DNA of 64,000 bases from Promethearchaeota archaeon (GCA_019057795.1 JAHLWS010000074.1:1-64000), one strand, 5' to 3'. Counted from the first letter of the stretch, positions 48,452 through 56,149 are shown. A program made the numbers and translations. The notes: generated by a model from the letters alone, not told the origin.

Positions 48452-48457
48452 TACTCC

Positions 48458-48470
48458 TTTTTTTTATATA
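48458..48470 (+). promoter_or_regulatory. T8 terminator of the giant gene overlapping a TATA box (TTTATATA) for the LRR gene
   Basis: T8 at 48458-48465, TTTATATA at 48463-48470, GGTGA at 48494-48498, ATG at 48514. Confidence 0.5.
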
Positions 48471-48513
48471 AGAATAAGAAATTCTTTTTTATTGGTGATA
48501 AAAAATTCATATT

Positions 48514-49434
48514 ATGTCGGAAGAACATTATTATTGGAACGAAATATTTTTTGAAAAATGCGGCATTGTATTATCAGAATATCAAAACGATAGAAACATG
48601 CTAAATAAAGCGATTTTAGAGAGACATTTAGACGATCTTATTAATCTTGCAAACAGGTCAGGCGATATATCCGCCCATCAGACGCTTACGGTTTTAATCC
48701 TTCAAGTAGGCGCGAAATTGCCGAACGATTTAAAAGAGAAAGTCTTAGAATCTTTAGAGTGGGAAAACGACAACAAAAGATATCACTGGTCTTCTTTCGT
48801 TGTTAACGTTAGAAAAGTTTATTTAGAAGATTTCAGGCAAAAAATTCTTAGTTACAGAAATAATAACATATCTTTTTTAATTAATCTAAGAAGAATCCAC
48901 GACGATAAGAAATTAGAAAAGACATTAATAGGCTTAGAACAGCTTAACTCTTTCTCAAGGTTAAGAACATTCGAAAAGATAGATTATATAAATTTGGATA
49001 GTTGTAGATTGGCCGACATGCCCGAAGAAGTATTTAGGTTTTCAAATCTTTCTGCTTTAAGCTTAGATAATAATTTCCTAACCACATTGCCGGACTCAAT
49101 AATAAATTTACATAATTTAAAAAAATTGTATTTAATAAACAATAAGATTAAAATCCTTCCATCTAGTATAGGAAGTTTAACTTCATTGGAATCGATTTAT
49201 TTGTCCTATAATCAGATAGAAAGTTTACCCTCTTCACTTGGAAATCTTAAGAATCTTAGATCGTTATATTTAAATAATAACAATTTAAAGTCAATTCCAG
49301 ATACATTCAGAACTTTAAATTTGAATATCTTTAATTTGCGAAATAATCGTATAAAAGATATTCCTGTTTTTTTAAAGGAGAGTTCTAAATATAAAAAAGT
49401 ATTTTCTACTAAAGCTTTCTTAAACAAAGAATAA
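48514..49434 (+). CDS. Leucine-rich repeat protein with an N-terminal helical domain (candidate immunity protein)
   Basis: About 6 LRRs of 23 aa (LxxLxLxxNxLxxLPxSIxxL) in the C-terminal half; no signal peptide; 62 nt downstream of the giant gene. Confidence 0.85.
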   Translation: MSEEHYYWNEIFFEKCGIVLSEYQNDRNMLNKAILERHLDDLINLANRSGDISAHQTLTVLILQVGAKLPNDLKEKVLESLEWENDNKRYHWSSFVVNVRKVYLEDFRQKILSYRNNNISFLINLRRIHDDKKLEKTLIGLEQLNSFSRLRTFEKIDYINLDSCRLADMPEEVFRFSNLSALSLDNNFLTTLPDSIINLHNLKKLYLINNKIKILPSSIGSLTSLESIYLSYNQIESLPSSLGNLKNLRSLYLNNNNLKSIPDTFRTLNLNIFNLRNNRIKDIPVFLKESSKYKKVFSTKAFLNKE

Positions 49435-49497
49435 GAAATCCTTCCATGTGTTAAATGTTGCTCATATATTAATATTGATTTTAGGCGTAGTTCTGCT

Positions 49498-49923
49498 TTA
49501 CTTAGGATATTTTAATATCTTTCCTTGATAACTTTCATCCGCTTCTATGTATATTTTTGACGTATTTGAAATTAGAATATATCCCTGTTCAATTTTGTTT
49601 TTATTATGCAAAAAATCATCAAAATTTAATTCAGGAAAGTTTTTCTTACAAATCTCTATAACTGATTCACTTTGAGGGAGCTTTAGATTTTCTTGGACAT
49701 AATTAATTTCTAATTCTCTTTCAAATCCAAAAATTTCTAATTGTTTTTGAAACTGGTCAATAATAAAGGAATCTTTTCTAGGTAAATTAGAAATAATTGA
49801 AGATTTTTCACTGAATTTTAATAATTGAAGATTTATTAAATTGAAATAACGTGGTTCTGGAAGTAATAAAACTTCTTCGTGATTTAATTCAGTTCGAATT
49901 AAGTTATCAAGACAAATGAACAT
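49498..49923 (-). pseudogene. Truncated N-terminal fragment of a GH20 (beta-hexosaminidase) domain-2-like protein
   Basis: LLLPEPR at the N-terminus and EQGYILISNTSKIYIEA match GH20 domain 2. The frame ends where GxFYG.QTL and the catalytic domain would follow. Confidence 0.6.
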
Positions 49924-50253
49924 AATTATAATGTATTATTAACAAATAATAAGATTTCTCAATCATATTTTTTTCTTGCCCTATTTAAAAAACCTTATCA
50001 TTATTTGAGAATAACAAGCTTGTCCCTTTTATATAGTTCCAATTGAAACTTAAGATTGATTTTTCTAGTTTCTCTAATCTCATCTTCAAAGAATTTGCTA
50101 TTGTATTCTTAAAATCAATAAATTCAAGTTGATTCAGGGGCTTAAATCTTTCAAAAAAATTACGCTTCTTTAATCATTACAATAAATTTACTACCTTTTG
50201 TATGATTCCCTTTAACTTTATCTTCGACCCATATCTTTCCTTGATAACTTTCA
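49515..50253 (+). repeat. Exact 23-bp direct repeat ATATCTTTCCTTGATAACTTTCA at 49515-49537 and 50231-50253
   Basis: Read directly; both copies encode ESYQGKI on the minus strand. Confidence 0.85.
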
Positions 50254-51704
50254 ACCAACTTTCTTACTAATGACAAGCCTAAACCTAGCCTATTAAAACT
50301 ACTGTGTTCCAAAGTTCCCCTTCGAAAAATAGTGAATTTCTGAGCATCGGGTATTCCTAATCCGTTATCTATGAATTCTAATCTGATATAATTCATTTTA
50401 TCTTGAACTTCTTTTAAAACATTTACTTGGATTTCAATTATAGAGTTTCTATTGTGTTTCACCGCATTATGTAAGATATTTTCGATGACATCTTGTAAGA
50501 GACTATTTGCTTTAATATAAATCTCATCGGATTCTGTAATGCATTGCGAAACAATTTGTTTTTTTGGAAACATCTTACGAATATTATCTAAAGAGATATC
50601 AATTAGGTTACAAACATTAATCGGAGTAATTGTGTTCTCAATATCATTAATCGAAGATATTTTTCTAATATTTGAGACGAGTTTTGCTCCACGATTTACC
50701 TGATCTTCAATCATGTCATATAAATCTTCTAAACTTATTTGGGTTTGAGCATTTTTTAAGCTTAACTTACACAACTCGATTGAAGAGAGTATCCCTTGTA
50801 AGATGTTGCTTACATCGTGAGCAAACACATCTTTATAAAATTCTGCTCTATTATATGCGTCCTTATATTTCTTTTCTGATTTTTTAAGAATTTTTTCTGT
50901 TTTAATTCTTTCTGTGATATCTTCGTAAGTGCAAAGCAATCCAACAACTTTTTTCTTTATGTCATGTAAAGGGACCTTATTAGCATCAAGCCAAGCTTCT
51001 TTCCCATCTGCTTGGAGTTGAGGTAAAATTATGTGATATTCTGGCTTGTTAGTGTCCATGACTAATTGATCGATTTCAAAAAATGACTCTGCTTCCGAAA
51101 CTTTCCAAGGTAATTCATAATCTGTTTTATTTATTATCTCCTCGGGTGTACTAAGACCTGCAACTTTAGCAAAATTAGTATTACAACCCATATATGTAGA
51201 GTTAATATCCTTCCAAGAAATAAGTTGCGGAATATTATCTATTACTAACTGGAACATTTGTTTGTTTTCTCTTAATTCGCTTTCTATTCCTTTTTGATTC
51301 GTAATATCCCGTATTATCCCTATAAAGAAATTTGGTTCGTTTTTTTTATTTTTAATTAAACTTAAACTTAATTCTCCAATAAATCTCGAATCATTCGCTC
51401 CAGAGAAGTTATATTCTACCATTTTTAAAAACCCTTGATTTATGGCTTTTTCAAGATCTTCTTTAAATGGCTCTCGGTCTTCTGATATTACGAAATCTAT
51501 GATATTTTTTCCAATAAAATCTTCTATACTTTTTGTAGCATAAAAATTTTGTATGTTTCGTGAAATATTTATGATAATTCCTTCTAAATCTAGAATTACG
51601 ACTAAATCTGGGAATGTTTTCATTAAAGCATTGTATAAATCGATAATCATTTCGAATAGATTGTCAATTTCCATTCCATCCTTATTATCGTTGGAAAAAA
51701 CCAT
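50160..51704 (-). CDS. PAS-PAS sensor histidine kinase
   Basis: Two PAS/PAC domains; H-box FAHDVSNILQ; N-box ENILHNAVKH; G1 DNGLGI; G2 GLGLSL. Confidence 0.93.
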   Translation of the reverse strand: MVFSNDNKDGMEIDNLFEMIIDLYNALMKTFPDLVVILDLEGIIINISRNIQNFYATKSIEDFIGKNIIDFVISEDREPFKEDLEKAINQGFLKMVEYNFSGANDSRFIGELSLSLIKNKKNEPNFFIGIIRDITNQKGIESELRENKQMFQLVIDNIPQLISWKDINSTYMGCNTNFAKVAGLSTPEEIINKTDYELPWKVSEAESFFEIDQLVMDTNKPEYHIILPQLQADGKEAWLDANKVPLHDIKKKVVGLLCTYEDITERIKTEKILKKSEKKYKDAYNRAEFYKDVFAHDVSNILQGILSSIELCKLSLKNAQTQISLEDLYDMIEDQVNRGAKLVSNIRKISSINDIENTITPINVCNLIDISLDNIRKMFPKKQIVSQCITESDEIYIKANSLLQDVIENILHNAVKHNRNSIIEIQVNVLKEVQDKMNYIRLEFIDNGLGIPDAQKFTIFRRGTLEHSSFNRLGLGLSLVRKLVESYQGKIWVEDKVKGNHTKGSKFIVMIKEA

Positions 51705-51841
51705 AGACAGAAATACCTCTTTTTTTAAAGAAAAAAATTCCTAATAATTATACTTCGATATTAAGAAATTATCTAAAAAAATAATAGAAATTGTTTAATT
51801 TATATGTTTCTTAGTGTCATTTTGTTTTAAGAGAAAACTTT

Positions 51842-51895
51842 TATATAAGATGAAAGTTGTATATAAGTTGAAAGTTATATATAAGTTGAAACTTA
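51842..51895. repeat. 3 x 18-bp tandem repeat (TATATAAG[A/T]TGAAA[G/C]TT[G/A]) in a divergent promoter region
   Basis: Units at 51842, 51860 and 51878, each starting with TATATAA. Confidence 0.8.
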
Positions 51896-51908
51896 TAAAC
51901 TTAAATAA

Positions 51909-52538
51909 GTGCTTAAAATAATGGAGAGTAAAAGATCGAAAAGGAATCGGGATTTTCTTGGATATTATCTACCAAAAAATCCTTTTTCAATTGCTATCAC
52001 TAGCATTTTTGCTGCTCTTACATGTGTATTAACAATGCTTATTTCGATTCCTGTTCCAGCTACAGGAGGCTATATAAATATTGGAGACGTCGGAGTGATG
52101 TTAACAGCTTTAATATTTGGTCCGGTTATCGGTTCATTAGCTGGAGGAATTGGTTCCGCTCTAGCGGATATATTTCTAGGATATCCAATTTGGGCACCTG
52201 CCACATTTATCGTGAAAGGCTTGGAAGGGTTAATAGTTGGTTTAATTGCGAACCCAAGAAAAGTTCGTACTTACTTTAATTTCTATGATATCATTGCTGT
52301 TATTATTGGGGGTCTAACAATGGTTTTTGGTTATTTTATTGTTGAAGTGTTTATATTCAATTTTGGAATAGCAGCAGCTCTAGTTGAGCTCCCTGGAAAC
52401 TTATTTCAATCCATAATAGGGGCAATAATTTCAATAAGTTTCATAGTTGTATTGAGAATCGTAATTAAAATAAGCAATCCTCAAGTTTTTGATCTAATTT
52501 TCATCCCTATTGAGATTGATGAATTAGGATCCTCTTAA
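51909..52538 (+). CDS. ECF transporter S component (substrate-binding subunit)
   Basis: IPVPATGGYINIGD..FGP..GGIGSALADI..WAPATFIVKGLEG; about 6 TM helices. Confidence 0.9.
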   Translation: MLKIMESKRSKRNRDFLGYYLPKNPFSIAITSIFAALTCVLTMLISIPVPATGGYINIGDVGVMLTALIFGPVIGSLAGGIGSALADIFLGYPIWAPATFIVKGLEGLIVGLIANPRKVRTYFNFYDIIAVIIGGLTMVFGYFIVEVFIFNFGIAAALVELPGNLFQSIIGAIISISFIVVLRIVIKISNPQVFDLIFIPIEIDELGSS

Positions 52539-52539
52539 G

Positions 52540-53970
52540 TTAAAGGAGCGTAATAAGGATATCTAAAGCATCAAAAACTTTTTTACCTTTATTGGTAATA
52601 AAATATAAAACGATTTTTCCTTCTTTCTTACGAGAAATTAAACTATTCTCTTCTAACTTTTTTAAATGCTGATAAATTGCCGCTAAACTTATGTTTCCTA
52701 TTAATTCTTGAATTTTAGTACCACTTATTCCCTTAATGCTTGTTAAGGAAATTTGTGATAAAATTTTTAACTTAGTAATTATAATTGAACCCTTTCCAGT
52801 AGTTTTAGTTTGAGATGATATCGCTTCTAAGACATATGGTGCTTTTAATCCGCTTCCTGTGATTAAACATACTATTTTATCGTCAGAGTCGAATTTCTCT
52901 TCCTTATTCAAAATATGAACTGCTGCTAGTGTTAAAGCCGATGAGGGTTCCGCGAATATGCCCTCATTTCTGATAAGTTCGTCAATCGAATTTAAAATCA
53001 TACTTTCAGGAATAGCAATCACAGTACCTTTACTTTCTCTTATAAATCTAATGGCAAGCTCTTTATATAAAGGATCTTTTACCAAAACTCCTAATGCGTG
53101 CGATTTAGAATTCTTTTGTTTTGGCAATTTTTCTTGCTTTTTTCTAAAAAAGTCGTTTACTATTGGTGAGGAGAATTCTGATTGCACTCCAACTAATTTT
53201 GGTATTTGTTTAATTATATCACTCTCCTTAAGTTCATTAAAACCTTTCCATAAACTAACTAATAACTCTCCACTCCCCATTGGAATTAAAACCCAATCAG
53301 GAGGTCCCTTTTGCAAATAAATTTCAAATGCTATAGTTTTTTGAGCTTCTATCGTAAGAGGATTATATTCTGGAGTACCTTGATAATAAATATTATATTT
53401 TGGCTCTAAAGCGTGAATTATTGCGTCGTCAATTAAATCCCCCATTATTTCAATTCTTGAGTTGTAAGCTATCATCTGTGCTCTTTTTCCAGTATCAATT
53501 TCATTTGGAATAATATTTAGGCATTCAATTCCTTCTAATGAGGCATAAGCAGCGAGAGAAGCACCTTGATTACCGTTTGAGGCACAAATAACCCTTTGAT
53601 ACCCCCAACTTCGAGCATGTGAAATTAATAGAGCCCCAACACGATCTTTAAATGAGTTTGTTGGATTTATTGTTTCATCTTTAAAACTCAAATTACTTAG
53701 TTCTAATGTTTCACCGATTTGTTCAGAATCTTTACAAGGAGTTCCACCCTCTCCCAAAGTTACAAGAAATTTTTTATCAATCTCTGGTAAGGCGAAATAA
53801 AAATCCCAAAAATTATGGATTTGTTTAATTTTAAGAAAAGAGGTCTTGTAGTTGTTAATATTTGATTTAACCCAAAGTAAACCATTACAATCTGGACATC
53901 TGTATTCTATCGAGTCAAGATTATATTCCTTTTCACAATCAGTACAAATTAATGGAAGTGGTTCGCGCAT
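52540..53970 (-). CDS. thrC: Threonine synthase-like PLP enzyme with an N-terminal Zn-ribbon and a C-terminal winged-helix domain
   Basis: TLGEGGTP, NPTNSFKDR (PLP lysine), PMGSG, EGIFAEPSSA, ITGSGLK; C-terminal ISLAAIYQHLKKLEENSLI..YFITNKG. Confidence 0.8.
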   Translation of the reverse strand: MREPLPLICTDCEKEYNLDSIEYRCPDCNGLLWVKSNINNYKTSFLKIKQIHNFWDFYFALPEIDKKFLVTLGEGGTPCKDSEQIGETLELSNLSFKDETINPTNSFKDRVGALLISHARSWGYQRVICASNGNQGASLAAYASLEGIECLNIIPNEIDTGKRAQMIAYNSRIEIMGDLIDDAIIHALEPKYNIYYQGTPEYNPLTIEAQKTIAFEIYLQKGPPDWVLIPMGSGELLVSLWKGFNELKESDIIKQIPKLVGVQSEFSSPIVNDFFRKKQEKLPKQKNSKSHALGVLVKDPLYKELAIRFIRESKGTVIAIPESMILNSIDELIRNEGIFAEPSSALTLAAVHILNKEEKFDSDDKIVCLITGSGLKAPYVLEAISSQTKTTGKGSIIITKLKILSQISLTSIKGISGTKIQELIGNISLAAIYQHLKKLEENSLISRKKEGKIVLYFITNKGKKVFDALDILITLL

Positions 53971-54145
53971 AATAAATTACCTTTAAGGATTTATGACGAT
54001 TCCAAAATGATGGCTATATAAGTAATAATTGTTAATATGAGTTATTATATTTTTTTTATTTCTTAAATTTACGATTGGTCGTAAAATTTATATTCAAGAA
54101 ATCATCATTTTAATAATTAATTTGGAATTATTTGGTGAATAGAAA

Positions 54146-54901
54146 ATTCTTATATGGATAATTTTATTTAGTATTTTAAGTAGTCTTGGAGCAATTTCAG
54201 CTGCCGCTATTTTTGTATTATTAGGAGAAAAAATCCAGAAATCATTAATCTCAATGTTGATCTCCTTTGCGACTGGAACTCTTCTCACAGCTGCATTGTT
54301 TGGGTTAATTCCAGAGGCAATAGAGAGCGCTGGCGGAGAATCACATACTGTAATGCTCTTTGTTTTAGGCGGAATTCTTTCGTTCTTTTTTCTTGAAAAA
54401 TTAATTATCTGGCGAAATTGTACTGACGAGGATTGCGACGTTCACTCAGCAGCGGGACCTATTGTACTGATAGGGGACGCTTTACATAACTTTATAGATG
54501 GAATTGTCATTGCAGCGGCTTTCCTTACAAGCTTTTCCGTAGGTATAGCTGTAGGTCTTGCAATAATTGCTCATGAAGTTCCTCAAGAGACAGGGGATTT
54601 TGGGATACTTTTGCACGGGGGGTTTTCTAAAAAGAAAGCATTCGCCTATAACGCTCTATCAAGTGTAACGACCATTCCTGCAGCAATTATTAGTTATTTT
54701 CTTTTAGGAGAGATCTCGTTTATCATACCATTTGCCCTTGCAATTTCAGCAGCAAGCTTTTTATACATCGCGTTATCAGATTTAACACCAGAGTTACATC
54801 AAAAGTGGGGATTTAAACACACATTAAAACAACTAACCCTAATCCTGGCTGGAGTGACAATGATGATTTTAATCATGGCTTCTATGAACCATAGTCATTA
54901 A
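54146..54901 (+). CDS. ZIP family (ZupT-like) zinc/iron transporter; start extended upstream of the track's 54254
   Basis: GDALHNFIDG, AHEVPQETGD and SDLTPEL motifs. TM1 (ILIWIILFSILSSLGAISAAAIFVLL) is in frame upstream of ATG 54254. Confidence 0.85.
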   Translation: MLIWIILFSILSSLGAISAAAIFVLLGEKIQKSLISMLISFATGTLLTAALFGLIPEAIESAGGESHTVMLFVLGGILSFFFLEKLIIWRNCTDEDCDVHSAAGPIVLIGDALHNFIDGIVIAAAFLTSFSVGIAVGLAIIAHEVPQETGDFGILLHGGFSKKKAFAYNALSSVTTIPAAIISYFLLGEISFIIPFALAISAASFLYIALSDLTPELHQKWGFKHTLKQLTLILAGVTMMILIMASMNHSH

Positions 54902-54938
54902 TATATTGAAATATTGAAATAATAGCTAAAATTCTAAT

Positions 54939-55367
54939 ATGCAAGATTTAGATTATATTGTTGTTAAACTTTTGTATCGACAGAGAACTCCCTTAAAAAT
55001 CGGAAAGATAGCAAAAGAACTTAGAGTTCCTCATTCTACTTTAGGGAGTTGTATCACAAGATTAAAAAGAAAGGAAATCGTTAATTATGAAGCTTATCAC
55101 GAAGTAGAGTTGACCTCTAAAGGAAGAAATTTGGCTATAGAATTAATTAGGCACGCAAGGCTCATAGAAATGCTATTACATTACGAATTAGGGGTAAAAC
55201 CAGAACTTGCACATAGAGAAAGCGAAAAGTTAAATCTACTTTTTTCGTGTGAAACTATAAATAAAATTTGTAAGAAGTATGGACATCCCAAAAATTGCCC
55301 TTGCGGTGAAGAGATCTTAAGTTCAAGTCACTGTATATGTGAAACTGAGATGAAAAATAAAGGTTAA
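54939..55367 (+). CDS. DtxR/MntR-family metal-dependent transcriptional regulator
   Basis: DY..IAKELRV HTH, VELTSKG, RHARLIE, GHPKNCPCG. Confidence 0.88.
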   Translation: MQDLDYIVVKLLYRQRTPLKIGKIAKELRVPHSTLGSCITRLKRKEIVNYEAYHEVELTSKGRNLAIELIRHARLIEMLLHYELGVKPELAHRESEKLNLLFSCETINKICKKYGHPKNCPCGEEILSSSHCICETEMKNKG

Positions 55368-55376
55368 AAAGCTGAA

Positions 55377-55856
55377 TTATTTTATTATTTCGTTTGAAGC
55401 GTAAGCAGTTAATATTTGGCCAAAAAATAAGTGATGGGAGGCCATACTTCCAGATTTACACGAATGAACAATTTTACACTCGTATGTTAATATGCAATCC
55501 TTAAGAGTAGGAACTTTTGTTCGTTTCCCTTCGATAGTTTCTAATCCCGTTTCCTTAAATTTATCAACATCCCTCCCTGATAATGAACCGGTAATGTCAA
55601 TTGTATCGGCTATTTTAGATGAAGGGATGTTAATCGTAAATTCTTGCACGCCTTCAGTTAGCAACTTGAAAGTATAACGAGAAGGTGATACTGCTATTGT
55701 TATCATGGGGAGCATCCAGAGTTCTCCAATTGTCTTCCATAGGAGTGCCATTACATTTATTTTTCCATTGGTATCCATAGAAACTACATGTGCGGCCCGA
55801 GACATAAAGAATTCCATATATTCATATGATCCAATTTCCCTCCTATTGTCGGTCAT
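55377..55856 (-). CDS. Flavin reductase-like (FMN-binding) protein
   Basis: NVM..SPSRYT..EFTINIP..GSLSGRDVDKF..YECK..HHLFFG. Confidence 0.88.
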   Translation of the reverse strand: MTDNRREIGSYEYMEFFMSRAAHVVSMDTNGKINVMALLWKTIGELWMLPMITIAVSPSRYTFKLLTEGVQEFTINIPSSKIADTIDITGSLSGRDVDKFKETGLETIEGKRTKVPTLKDCILTYECKIVHSCKSGSMASHHLFFGQILTAYASNEIIK

Positions 55857-55897
55857 TTCATTCAGATTTTAATATAATTAAAGTAAATAAATAAGGT

Positions 55898-56149
55898 TTA
55901 AGGCTTAAAGGGGCTATCATGAATAAGTTTATCTATTGCATCTAAGCATTCTTCCTCCCAATTATCATCGGGATCAATATTTTTGCAACAATCAGGACAC
56001 CAATCGGCAGAATAGCCATCGTCAAAATCGTCAGCCTCCAAATCACCATTTAGAGTTGCTCCGCAGTAAAAGCAAGCACCATCGTCATACCTATCTAAAA
56101 TTTCATTAATTAGCTCAATTTTTTTCCTTGATTTCATTTTATCTCCCAT
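55898..56149 (-). CDS. Small acidic Cys-rich (Zn-finger-like) hypothetical protein
   Basis: CFYC..WCPDC in an 83-aa ORF. Confidence 0.6.
   Translation of the reverse strand: MGDKMKSRKKIELINEILDRYDDGACFYCGATLNGDLEADDFDDGYSADWCPDCCKNIDPDDNWEEECLDAIDKLIHDSPFKP

Larger units (their letters stand above)
717..49434. mobile_element. Putative genomic island / integrated element carrying the giant gene; boundaries approximate, left end may lie outside the window
   Basis: Spot counts show more CG dinucleotides here (about 4-5 per 60 nt in much of the giant gene versus about 1 per 60 nt at 57.6-58 kb). It contains MGE-type small genes and has disrupted gene remnants at its right junction. No integrase, transposase or att pair seen. 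Confidence 0.55.

Noticed and set aside
7116-47515. Dozens of 60-152 aa ORFs antisense or out of frame within the giant gene (e.g. 10061..10474, 38358..38702, 45700..46158)
   Set aside because: Shadow ORFs of a long coding frame; no SD motifs or protein motifs recognised
47390-48451. GIY-YIG as part of an intein or group I intron
   Set aside because: No intein N-terminal C/S block or C-terminal HN motif, no downstream extein or exon, and it is in frame at the protein's C-terminus
49515-50253. The 23-bp repeats as classical attL/attR flanking the giant-gene island
   Set aside because: Both copies are on the same side of the island, only 716 bp apart, and the left copy is not followed by a duplicate of the kinase 3' end; kept only as an unexplained junction feature
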